This document shows positions 12,006 through 24,379 of a stretch of DNA of 64,000 bases, piece after piece (position 1 is the first letter of the stretch; each line of letters starts with the position of its first letter). The position numbers and the translations under genes were made by a program. The notes under the pieces were generated by a model. It was not told the origin of the DNA. It saw only the letters and a list, made by a program, of their open reading frames with translations, and made no database searches. Origin of the DNA: Adineta vaga (lineage: Eukaryota > Animalia > Rotifera); the NCBI GenBank assembly GCA_021613535.1, contig CP075492.1, positions 15,128,001-15,192,000 of the forward strand. Reading direction: 5' to 3'.

Positions 12006-13906
12006 TTGGATAGTATGTCACCAGTATTTCTGCAATGTGTATTGTGTTTGTGATCACAATCTAAAGAAATATTTCATCTTTCTATACTAGATAACTTGTC
12101 ACATTCATTCTCCGTTTGTTTTTGATCTATGTGCAAATCCTAGATATTTAAATATAGAGAAAAATAATTTATTTAATCAACTTTATAATCAATATCGTAT
12201 TGGCAACTCAAAGGAGATATGGAACATAAATGTGATTGGATAAACAGCCTTTAATAAAAAAAGTCATTTTTGTATAATATAGTCACCTTTTTTTCTGCTA
12301 TTGTGTTGTTAAATAACCGAAAATATTCAAAAGAAGATAGGATTTACTTTATAAAACTCATTTTCCAATTTGTCGTGTCATTTTATGATGTTTTTTCAAA
12401 CTTATATGTCGTATTTGAGATCCTGAAAAAGTTGAAAGAAAAAAGCGTCATTCACAACTTGGATGAATATATTAATAACTCAAAGAATTTCGCATCCTTT
12501 TAATTAATAACAAAAATTGAACCGGTGTTGAATCATATATCAAAGATTTTGTTTTACATTCTGTTTTGTTAGTTTTATATTTCATATAAATTATTACAGA
12601 CGAGATACGTCGAAGAGTTTCACGCCATTAGATAAATTGTTTATAAAACTTTTATTAGTAGATCCTATGTCAAGTTCAAAACTGATCAGTTTGCCAGATA
12701 AAAGAATATTATTTTAAATTGTATCGCGCGTATTGTAGAGAGCTACAAAAGAAAATCATTCGTAGTTGACAATTTCAATTTATAATTTAAACACTTTTAA
12801 AGGAGTGGGTAAAGTAAAACATTAGTGAATGTTTGAAAAAACTGAAGAAAACGTGCCTTTCCATTCCAGTAAATACATTACTTTATTAAAAAATAAATAA
12901 TCTCCAACAAAATAATTACTTTTGCTTGTAAAAATCTGATTTTACTATACTTTTTTCTCAAATTGAAGCGGTATGATTGATTCTATATTACAATGAATAG
13001 ATCAACTCGATTTCGTCCATGAATTGAATCAGTATGCAGTTATATTAAATATTTTATTCTAATAGAATATCGAAGGTAACCTGTTTTTCTTGTCTATACC
13101 GTAAAAGGAATTGAGTTTTAAGCAAGATTAAATTAATTACATCCAACATGAAGTGATATTTTCTTTTTTAATTCAATGTTGCTCTTTATTATATGATTCA
13201 AGACGGTGTTTCATTCAAAAGACTATATGTTCAACGATTAGTACTATATACTAAATAAAACCTCCTATTCTTTCCATTTCAATCGGGATATTCAGATCAT
13301 GCTTAGAACTCTAGACTTTAATTCAATTTCTATTACACAAAATTTCACAAATCCGAATTTATTATGATAAATAACAACTACTCTTTATGCAAATTGGAAG
13401 TTGATCTTTGCCTACAAAAAAACTCTACAACCTTTTTTCTATTGTTAAGAAAGTATAATACAACAGTTACAAACATGTTTTTTTCTTTTGTTTGATTCTC
13501 TTGAATAACGTCGGAAGCTAGTAATGGTAGTATACCATACTTTTCGTTGTTCCTTAACGATATTATTACACCTTTTCAATTTACATAATGAATCAAGATA
13601 AAAGCGAGTTTTTGTTTGTATTTGAATTGGCGAAGTAGGCAAAGAAAAGCAATTTTTAAATTTATTTTCAAATGTTTACTATTCTGTCAAAAAACGATCT
13701 GTATGGAAGCAAGGAGAATCCTTCAATATCATTCGTAACTAGTGTACGTTCTATTCTCTTACTTTCTTTTCTGTTATTATATAATTTAATTCAAAGAAGT
13801 TCTTAAGGATATGAGGGAGTAATGTATACAAACATCACCTACGCCCTTCAAAGGAATAAAGTTACTTAATCTAGAAGTTATTCTAGAGTAATATTTGCCG
13901 TCTACA

Positions 13907-16040
13907 ATGAAAGACATAGAGGAGATATATCGTCCACAAGCACATATGGAGAAGCCTAAAGCTGCACGACCACGAATGGAAATGTCTGAAGCTCCACGAC
14001 CACACATAGAGAGGCCTAAAGCTGCACGACCACGAATGGAAATGTCTGAAGCTCCACGACCACACATAAAGAGGCCTAAAGCTGCACGACCACGTGTTAA
14101 TCAATGGACTGCTGTGAAACATAATCGATGGTTAATATTTTATTTGTTTATGTTGAAAATTGAAAATGAGAAATAATTGTTGTTTTATTTTTCTTCAGGA
14201 CTTATCATCGTAAAAAGTTATTCGGTATTATTATAACGATTGCGACAATTATTTGCATAATAGCAACTCTCGTGCCCACACTTCTGACGCGTAACAAAAA
14301 ATAATAACTTCAAATAAATATCATAATTTTCTCGTACCATCATACATTTTAGAATTACATAAAACAACATCCACGACAACCATTAAAACTACAAAATCAT
14401 CCACAACAAGTTCAACATCCTCTACGTCGTCGTCAACTTCAACATCCTCTACCACTTCTACAACCTCAACATCATCAACATCATCGACAACCTCCACATC
14501 ATCATCAACATCAACATCATCATCAACATCAACAACATCATCAACATCATCAACATCCTCAACAACCTCAACATCCTCTACCACTTCTACAACCTCAACA
14601 TCATCAACATCATCCTCAACATCAACAACATCAACATCCTCTACCACTTCTACAACCTCAACATCATCAACATCCTCAACATCATCCTCAACATCAACAA
14701 CCTCAACATCCTCTACCACTTCTACAACCTCAACATCATCAACATCCTCAACAACCTCAACATCCTCTACCACTTCTACAACCTCAACATCATCAACATC
14801 ATCCTCAACATCAACAACATCAACATCCTCTACCACTTCTACAACCTCAACATCATCAACATCCTCAACATCATCCTCAACATCAACAACCTCAACATCC
14901 TCTACCACTTCTACAACCTCAACATCATCAACATCCTCAACAACCTCAACATCCTCTACCACTTCTACAACCTCAACATCATCAACATCATCCTCAACAT
15001 CAACAACATCAACATCCTCTACCACTTCTACAACCTCAACATCATCAACATCCTCAACATCATCCTCAACATCAACAACCTCAACATCCTCTACCACTTC
15101 TACAACCTCAACATCATCAACATCATCAACATCCTCAACATCCTCAACAACCTCTACCACTTCTACAACCTCAACATCATCAACATCCTCAACATCATCA
15201 ACATCATCGACAACCTCAACATCATCATCAACATCTTCATCAACATCGACAACATCATCAACATCCTCAACAACCTCAACAACATCCACTACAAAAACAA
15301 CATCAACATCATCTTCTACAACGTCAACAACATCGTCGACGTCATCCACAACAGCTACAACCATACCAAGTTAGTAATATGCTAGATAATTTCTACAATC
15401 GTTTGTGTAGCTATCTATAAGTAATGAGTCATTTGACTAGCCAAATCTGGGAGTTTTCTTCCGTGAAGGTGCGACTGGGGATTTATTTTCTGCTGCTACT
15501 TCTGTATGTTTCACCCACATGCTCACATGGTAAAGCGCATAGACATACATATATCGTAAGTTATTAGATTATTTGGAGAAAAATAAATATTGGACTGTGC
15601 TTATTTATAGTTATTTCGTTTTTATTTATATTTCAGTGTGTTTAAAATCATATTCTCAAAGTTTTCTAACTGGCACGACTCCAGCGAGTCAATGCACAGC
15701 GTGGACTACATTCACATCTAGTTTAACTTGTTCAAGTTATTCTAAGTTACGTATGAATGGCACGAATAATGCGATTGGTATAGTTGCAACTAATTCAGCT
15801 GTTGTTACTGCTCTCGCGTCTGCTCTACGTACTGGAAGTTCATATTCTGGTTCTTCAAATGGATATACATGGATGGTTGGTAGCTGCGGACCAGGTAGTG
15901 AAATAACTGCAACAGCATCTGTATGTCAATGTAATACCGGTTATACCATGAGACCGTGTATAGGTAATTACAATTGGGGTGGTATCAATGATGTAACCTG
16001 TAGTGCATCATCGCAAACAATGTCACTTTATTTTGAATAA
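13907..16040 (+). CDS. Type II membrane mucin-like protein: repetitive Pro/Arg cytoplasmic head, TM, ~335-aa Ser/Thr stalk, C-terminal Cys-rich domain (RPCIGNYNWGG)
   Basis: Exons 13907-14130, 14199-14290, 14353-15369 and 15637-16040, joined by phase-consistent GT-AG introns. TM segment LFGIIITIATIICIIATLVPTLL. Confidence 0.78.
13951..14095 (+). repeat. 60-bp coding tandem repeat (~2.5 copies; EKPKAARPRMEMSEAPRPHI) with 30-bp sub-period
   Basis: Lines 13921, 13981 and 14041 align at an exact 60-bp offset. Confidence 0.9.
14400..15360 (+). repeat. Ser/Thr low-complexity coding repeat with a 189-bp (63-aa) higher-order unit, about 3 copies
   Basis: An identical block catcctctaccacttctacaacctcaacatcatcaacatcatcc begins at 14572, 14761 and 14950. 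Confidence 0.9.
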
Positions 16041-16625
16041 AAAGATTTGAGAACAGTCATCAGACCTTAAAATATTCTTTTGATCTGAATTCATCTAAAA
16101 TGAACTTTATTAAATATAACAAATGAGCTTTGCTCATTTTGAAAGTAAAAAAATACAACTCTGTATATTGTTACACAGTAAAGAAAAGGTTAAAACCTAT
16201 GCGAATGCTGTTGGTTACTTTATACTATTTATAACTATGAAATGAGAGTAATTAGAATTGGACAAACGTCTATTTCTTACACAAAACTTCCTCACTTTTC
16301 TTTCATTTTCTTCAGTATTGTAACACTGCATCTATGCCTCTTTTATTTTTGTTACTTGCAGTGGATATGAGTAAGTGATCATATATCGATTACTTTACTA
16401 AATTGTAATTTGATGCCTTAACTTTGAAATGACAATGCATGCTAAGTCGAGTACTTTTGTCAAAAGTACATTTTCAATGCTCTAGTCATCCATTTATCCA
16501 TGATGACACTTTGAAAAATAAGCATCATCATTACTTGACATCGATTTTTATATAAATATATTTTGTAGCTGAAAATCAGTTCCTTAGGTTTATCAATTGC
16601 AAAAAAGAAAGTAACTTACAACAAC

Positions 16626-17721
16626 ATGAAAAAAGTCATTTTATTACTTGTATTTACATGTATCGTTGAAATACGCGGGACTGTCTTCGAAACGACATCG
16701 CCAGGTAATCAATAATTGATAGAATCATAGAAAATATGCTTCTAATTATATTTTAGTAACGACACTTGATTGTTCTTCGTATGCAAATGATCAAGAAGTT
16801 TTGGCTACATTTCCATTTTCTATTCCATTTCTACCATGGACAGATTATTCTCCAATTGAATATGATAAAACATCTGGTCGTTGGGATTTCTTTCAAAGAG
16901 TCGACGAATTGGTCATTGTCAATGAAAACTATATTCCACCGACAATATTCTGTTTACGTTCACTACAAAATCTTTACATTCGTAATAGTAGTTTCTATAC
17001 TCGTGAACAGGATGCTACTACGAATTTTCCACTTCCAATTGGTACAACTCATTCGTTATATTCACTAAGAAGTTTAAGAATCTATGATACTCCTGTAACT
17101 CATTTACCAGAAGAAATCAGTAGTTTATACAATCTGGAAACACTTGAATTATCCAATACAGGTCTTGTATCTCTTCCTAGCAATATTGGTCGATTAACTT
17201 CATTAAACCATTTATCATTAATTCATCAACAATTCTCAACATTACCGAAAACTCTTATGAATCTTGAAAAATTATTTTATCTGGAAATATCACATAATCC
17301 AAATCTTCATTCATTAGAATCGCTCAATGGTCATCGAAGTATTGGTATATTAATAGTCAATCATTGTGGAATCGAATATCTTCCTGATGATTTACCCAAT
17401 CTATCTCAATTATATTTATCATATAATAAATTAACCGATCTCGATGGTATTCGAAATTTGGGTTATAATACTGAATTAAAGAAAGTTTTCTATTTTGATA
17501 ATAATCAAATCCAATCAGTTTCAACGGGAATTCGAAATGTGAAAAATTTACATACATTGAATTTGGCTAGAAATGAATTAACGAAATTATCACCAGTTAT
17601 CTTCAATATTTCTACAATGAGATATTTAGATATCAAAGATAATCATTTTAACAAGGTCGAACAAGATATTATTATTGAAAAATTCAAAATTTCAAATCAA
17701 TTTTTAACTTTTTCTATTTGA
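16626..17721 (+). CDS. Secreted leucine-rich repeat protein (paralog 1)
   Basis: Signal-peptide exon 16626-16704 (MKKVILLLVFTCIVEIRG), intron 16705-16756, LRR exon with LxxLxLxxNxL repeats. Confidence 0.9.
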
Positions 17722-18299
17722 TTTGATGTCATTTTGATTTTCTTCATTGCGACAATAAAATAAAATATGAAAAACTAACATGAAACTTTATACTTTTATC
17801 AGAATATAAGAGCTATTTGGAAGTATACACATTCTCTTCCATAAGAAATCTCACATAGTTGTCTAATTAAGATCTTGAAAAATTGTAATTCATTTCATGG
17901 TGGACGAGAGTTAATCTTTGTATATCACTGATTAATGTGTAGCTTTCCGAACTTCTGTTATATAAATATCAGTCGAACGTCAAATATTTACTTTCTTGTT
18001 CTTTCGTAAAAAGTTCACAAGACTTGAACAATGTTTGTTTATTTCACTTTTTATTCTATCAATTCGTTTCAGATTTAATAGGATATCATCATACTATTAT
18101 ATATGACAATGCATGATGAGTACTTTTGTTGAATGTACTTTTTCGATTCTCTATATAGTGATCCATTTATATCCTTGATGACATATTGAAAAAATAAGTA
18201 TCATCATCATGATCAGCATCGAACGTGCATTTACATATATATATATATATTTCGTACTTGAAAAGCATTTTTCAATAGTATCGGGTACAAAAGAATACT

Positions 18300-19362
18300 A
18301 TGCAAAAATTCGTTTTATTACTTGTGCTTTCATGTGTTGTTGAAATACGCGGGACTGTCTTCGAAACGACATCTCCAGGTAATCAACAATTGATAGAATC
18401 ATAGAAAATATGCTTCTAATTATATTTTAGTAACGACACTTGATTGTTCTTCGTATGCAAATGATCAAGAAGTTTTGGCTACATTTCCATTTGCTGTTCC
18501 ATATCTAACATGGCAAGATCAATCTTCAAATACTTTCGCTCGACTGGGTTCGGATAACCATGTTGAATATTTACAAATTGCAAATGAAAAATTTGTTCCA
18601 TCAACAGTTTTCTGCTTAAATAAATTACAAACATTTCTTATTCGAAATACAAGTTTCTCTCAATTAACATCGGATAATAATTCAATTCAACGTTTGAGTT
18701 CAAGTTTATACAATCTTGGTATTTTCGATACACCAATCAGTCATTTACCAAAAGAAATTGGTAACTTGACACGTTTAATGACACTAACATTATCCAATAC
18801 TGGACTTGTTGAATTGCCAGATACAATTGAACATTTACAATGGTTACTTGAACTACATTTATCCTATCAAAAAATAAGTTCATTACCTTCAACACTATCC
18901 AAAATACGTTCATTAATAACTGTTGAATTATTATACAATCCAAATCTTCGTTCAGTACAATCATTGAATGATCTTCCTAACCTATCAAGTTTATTGGTTA
19001 GCCATTGTTCAATCGATCAACTTCCTCGAAATTTGCCACAATTATATGAATTATATATGTCTTACAATAACTTAACTAATCTTAATGGTATTGAAACTTT
19101 AGGTAAGGGTAATTCATATGCAAAATCATTTTATTTCAATAATAATCATATCAAATCAATTCCATCAGAAATCTCTCAAGTAAACAATCTATTTACATTA
19201 AATGTCGCTAATAATGAATTGACCAATATCCCTAAAGAGTTGTTCAATTCTAAAACACTTCGAAATTTAGATGTCAGTCATAATTTATTTCCAAGCACAA
19301 TATTACATGACATTGATGTTAAGTTCAAAGTTGATAAAGCAACTTTTACATATTCTATCTAA
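18300..19362 (+). CDS. Secreted leucine-rich repeat protein (paralog 2, tandem duplicate)
   Basis: Exon 18300-18378, intron 18379-18430, LRR exon 18431-19362. Collinear with paralog 1. Confidence 0.9.
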
Positions 19363-19573
19363 TGTTAAAGATTTTATTTTGATTCTTAATTGAAAATAAA
19401 ATATTGAACATTCGATTCGAGTTTTCTTCTTTGCATAACATATAGTACAGAGAAGCGAAATGATATTTAATCTGTAGTAATTGGACAATTACGATCTTGA
19501 GGATGGATGTGGGCATATGTACGGATGAGAAAATAACACCCACATGCACACCCTCAATCATGAGACAAATATT

Positions 19574-20641
19574 TTAATCGAACATACTATTGTCACGCGA
19601 TACAGTCGTCAGCTCAGTTCGAACTTGATTGCGCCGACGACAACACCAATCTTTGATTGAACGCCAATATTTCTTCTTTAAAACATATTTGACTTGCCGA
19701 CGATATCGAGATGATATTGCTAAAAATAAATAAAAATTAACCTAAAAATATAAGAAAAACAATTTGATAAATGTTAAAACATAAGTAAATGAATTTTATA
19801 CCGCATAGATTGCACCAAAAATCGAGTAAAAAACTACTTGAATCAATCGTTCAATTGCTGAACGTAAGAGACCAATTTGTTTTATATCGATATTAAGTGC
19901 ATACACACGATAGACTGTATATGGTAATAACAGAATCACATATAACATTACACGAATTAAAACCATAGCTGTAATTTCTTGATCAAATTGACGACGTTCA
20001 ATTGGAATTTGTCGACGAATAACTCGGCGAACATTTCGATAAGCTAATAAGCTAAATAATGATGCAATCATAATTGGTAGAAAACCTTGAACAAGTGGAT
20101 AATAAAAATATGTTCCATATTGAATGAGTTGAGGGTTACTAACAGTACATCCTAATAGTTCATGTATAATGGCAAAAAAACTATACGAAATACTATGACA
20201 AAATGAAATGATAACACATGCCAGGACAAAACAATATGTTAATTTAATTGTACACATTTGTCGAAGATAGATCCGACAATTTGTTGAACAAAATTGATCG
20301 ATAGCTCCAAAACAGATCATAGAAGATGATACTAATCCTGTTGCTTGGAAAATAATGTACCGTAATTTACACCAGAAAATTAAAAATAAGACTGTATTTT
20401 CTCCATATATTAATGAAACTAAAGTGAGTATGATACCAAAGATTTCATTGATAAGATTAAAAATTGATTCGATAATTAAATAGAAAATGCATCGATTCTG
20501 TCGAAATTGTTTTAATCGAGTAAATATCAAAATATTTAACATATTACTGATAAGTCCAACTATAATACAAATACAATTTGTATAAAATGAATATTGTGAA
20601 GCGAATTGTAAAATTTGTGATGCTAATGGTGTTGCTGACAT
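19574..20641 (-). CDS. Rhodopsin-like 7TM GPCR with one 3' intron
   Basis: Exon 20641-19802 (GLISNMLNILIF, WCKLR, AIDQF, LLPYTVY), intron 19801-19742, exon 19741-19574 (VNFYLFLAISSRYRRQVK, TM7/helix 8). Confidence 0.9.
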
Positions 20642-22088
20642 GTTAAAACGGATGTCTATATTAATACAAATGAAATCTTCTTTTCATATTTTCTTTCTAT
20701 AGCATGGTTCTCCTTTTATTCCAGATTAAAATGTCAACAAGAGAGATTGACATAAAGATCACGATCTCTTAGGAAATTCAACGACCAGGCATACACAGTG
20801 AGATAATAGGCTTTTATAGAAAACTACATCTTATTTAATTACATTATATGTCACGGCAGCAATTGTGTTAAAGATGCAAAATTATTTTTCTAAAAGAACT
20901 CAAACAATACAAATAGTTTAAATATATTTATAGTCTATTCAAGATGCTTTGTCCATCATTATCTCAATTAATTCTTTCTAATTACAATATGTACATGTTA
21001 AAGTGTAATATAAAGTAATCTTTAGAGGAATTTAATGTATGTACGCTTATTTCTCTATAGAATAAAGATTTGAACAAGAAACTGTTTTGTTATTATGACG
21101 ATTTTTGATAGAAGAGGCTCGATTGTTCATGAAGCTACGCTCTCTTTTATTTCTTTATATCATATATCGCATCGTTCTTATACAGAGCAGTCACTTATAG
21201 ACGCTTCGATCGACGGAGAACAGAATAAAGACTTATGAGAACAAAGATTAGGATGTAACGCTTTTGTCTGATTCATTATACAATTATCTTATTGTGCAGT
21301 GACCGTAAAAGCTCCTTATCAAAAGACGTTATAAAAATATCAAAGAATTGCATTACTCTTTTTGATATTTATCTTAAAGAAATCATTATACAGCATGTAA
21401 CGAAAAACTGTTCAAGAGTTTGTTTTCATTTTTTGTTCATCATTCATCAAATAAAGAAGTATAATAAATGGGTAGTAGTTCTTCTAATACAATTGCAAGC
21501 AGTGATATATATATATATATATATATATCCAAAGTTAACATACGAATAATTAAATGAATATTGTCCTGGAGATTCGTGCAAGAATGACCTGCTTCCTGAT
21601 CATTCTTCAGATGATTGTGTTATAGACCACGCTAGTGATTACAGCAGGCATGAAGTACAATTTATGTTAGTTTTAGGAAAATCACTCGCTTTGCAAATAT
21701 ATTCTAAAGAAATTATTAGAAAAAATCATAATGACGAACTAGTTGAATTACTGAACAAAAGCATCGTAGTAACTTATTGATAACTTTTTAAATAAACTCG
21801 ATATTCAACATTTAATAAAATTATACACAATAAAAATAAGTTTTTTACAAAAATGTACAGCACGAAGGATGTGAACAAGAGTATAGATGAGATTGATGCG
21901 TAAATATGCTATCCTCACCCACACTCTCATCCTCTTTTTTGTAAAAGAAAAAATAATTTTCTTTTTCTTTCTCTTCCACGTGTCACTTATTTATACACAC
22001 ACATACACACATTTTCCTTCGTTTATTTTCTCCATTTTCTAGGCCGTGAATTCAAATAACGAAGTGATCATCTAAAATCTTGCAGATA

Positions 22089-22775
22089 ATGTCAGAAGAA
22101 TTGATCGATATTTATGACAAACTTTACGCTGATGCAATTGAAAAAATCAAATCCAATCGATATGAAACAGATCCTATGATTGATTCATCAGTTGATAAAC
22201 GATTTGGTATTACACTTATTATCAAACCAAATGAATATATTAATCAACAAATTCAAAAATTTCTTGCTCATTTACATGCAATTGAACCAGATCAATACTA
22301 TTATCCATCGTCTGATATTCATATTACTCTAGTACCAATTATTCCATGTCATGATGAATTTAATTTAAATGAAATTTCAATACAAGATTATATTGATCTT
22401 CTTCGTGAAAATATTCTCATAAATGGAAAACTTGAAATAAATTTCAAAGGTATTACAGCATCATCTTCATGCATTATGATACAAGGATTTCCTCAACAAG
22501 CATCATTTAATGAACTTCGAAGTCGATTAAGAACAGCATTTAAAGCTTCTACATTACAAAATGATATAGATAAACGATATACGATTCGCACTGCACATGC
22601 TACTGTTGTTCGATTTCGAAAACCATTTATTGCCAAAGAAGAAGTTTTAAAACTACTCAACGATTACAAAGATTATGATTTTGGTACGATGACAGTCAAC
22701 GAACTGGAACTCGTTTATCATGATTGGTATTTGAGAGAGAGGATTGTTAAATCGTTATTTAGATTTGAAATTTAA
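22089..22775 (+). CDS. 2H phosphoesterase (LigT-like; Bacteroidetes 'mutarotase'-annotated family), intronless
   Basis: Two HxT motifs (DIHITL, TAHATVVRF). The strings DKRFGITLII.P, EPDQYYYP.SDIHIT and ELVYHDWY match my recollection of Bacteroidetes homologues. Confidence 0.85.
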   Translation: MSEELIDIYDKLYADAIEKIKSNRYETDPMIDSSVDKRFGITLIIKPNEYINQQIQKFLAHLHAIEPDQYYYPSSDIHITLVPIIPCHDEFNLNEISIQDYIDLLRENILINGKLEINFKGITASSSCIMIQGFPQQASFNELRSRLRTAFKASTLQNDIDKRYTIRTAHATVVRFRKPFIAKEEVLKLLNDYKDYDFGTMTVNELELVYHDWYLRERIVKSLFRFEI

Positions 22776-22839
22776 TAAAAAAATACACATTTACAGTTCT
22801 TATGAATTATTTTATTTTTCTTCATAAAGCAAATCATCA

Positions 22840-23160
22840 TTAAGATACGAAATAGGTTAAGAGTAGAGTATGTTGCTGGAAACAATAGTTATAGGTGCGA
22901 TATAATGTTTCTTGTATGCTCTGAATTGCTTCTTGAATAGATTAATGAACGTTCGTCGAGTATTATCTTTAGTTCGCGCACGACTACGAGCTAATTGAAC
23001 GATTAAAATTGTGATTGACACGACTTGCACTATGAACGGTAGGAAATAGTTTATCAGATTGTTGACTCGATTGTATATACAGTAAAAACTTCTCTAAGAT
23101 GTACACCACTGGGACTGTTCAACAGGAGATGTTTTACCGTATTGAAATCTCCATATTCTA
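22840..23160 (-). pseudogene. Relic of the C-terminal TM region of a GPCR-like gene
   Basis: The minus strand reads YNRVNNLINYFLPFIVQVVSITILIVQLARSRART...FKKQFRAYKKHYIAPITIV, flanked by stops. Confidence 0.55.
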
Positions 23161-24379
23161 AAGGAACATTCTACATTTTCGACTGATATGAGAGAGAGAG
23201 AGAACTGAGCAACTCAATTCTGATAGAAGTTTCAAGAATGTAAGAAATACAAACGGACGAAGTTTGTTAGATATGTAAGGAGGATACAGATATCGATGTA
23301 AAAGCAATTTTAACCTTCGTATTACCGACCTCTATTCATCTTTGTGCATCTCCTGAACAGAACGATCATAAATGATCCAAGGTGATTGTACTAATGCATC
23401 ACTAAACAAAGCGTACTTAAACAAGAAAGAAAAAGAAAAAAAAATACAAGCCAGATTGTACATATCTCAAAATAAAATAAAAACAACAGAAAAGGATAAA
23501 TATCGTATATAATTCACAATGATTTCAGTTTATTACTTATACGCCCTTCACGTAAAATATTACAAGGTTCACAAAAATAGAATTTAATTAAAATTGAAAT
23601 TCAATAATAGACAACAAAACAAAAGTAAATTGTTGAAGAGAAGATTAAGACGAAATGTAGACATTATAGTGTGAATGTTACTATGAAGAAACTAATTCGA
23701 AACCATGGGGTGGGTGACAATAAATGAAGATAATAAAGGGTGCACACTGATGATCTATATTGACATCCGTAACCCACTCATGATAGGTATCAGGTTAGCG
23801 AAATGAATATTTTTATATTTTGTTCAACAAATGCTTCTTGTGTACAAGCACTTTGATACAGTTTCAAATAGTCTATAATATTTTTTTGTTCAGAAATTTT
23901 AATAGTCGTATCTATCTTTCCATCAAAAGAATCACCTGATAATTCTGAGCACAGTGAAAAGAAACTGTGAAGAATAGATTCGTAGATCATAGATAAACTC
24001 TATAATAGAAAATTCTTTATTTCTTTCCTTTAACATGTGCATGTCGACAAACGTTTGTTTGTTCTATTCAGCCGTCTACACGTTCGTTTCTGAGCAGAAC
24101 ATCGAAAGAGAACAGAACAAACGAAGGTTCTAGGCCATATTTACATGTATTGTCGCCTTTTTTCCTTTTCCTTCGTCTTATTTCTTCGTGAGTTTTTTCC
24201 CAGTGTTAGTGTTATATAAACGTTATTCTTGAAAAAGTGAATAGGCTTTTGTTTGAATAAAAACGAGATAGAGTATAAGTGTCGAGAAAAGTAAGCATTT
24301 TCGTTTGATCCAAATTATCGCTACCACAATCATCATCACAAAAGCTAAAAGAAACAAGATTTTATTTTTTTATCATAGA

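Noticed and set aside
12100-13780. Long spacer with short ORFs (12270, 13445)
   Set aside because: No motifs, splice structure or repeats that I could support.
13951-14095. Possible CRISPR-like repeat
   Set aside because: Contiguous tandem coding repeat with no unique spacers, no cas genes, and a eukaryotic context.
13786-14122. Minus-strand repetitive ORFs (MCGRGASDIS...; WSCSFR...)
   Set aside because: Shadows of the 60-bp repeat in exon 1 of the plus-strand mucin gene.
14321-15364. 347-aa Val/Asp/Glu ORF on the minus strand
   Set aside because: Antisense shadow of the Ser/Thr stalk exon. The plus strand has splice sites linking it to TM and C-terminal exons.
21468-21781. Possible small gene starting MGSSSS
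   Set aside because: Interrupted by a (TA)n tract and stops, with no recognisable domain. Not supportable as a feature.
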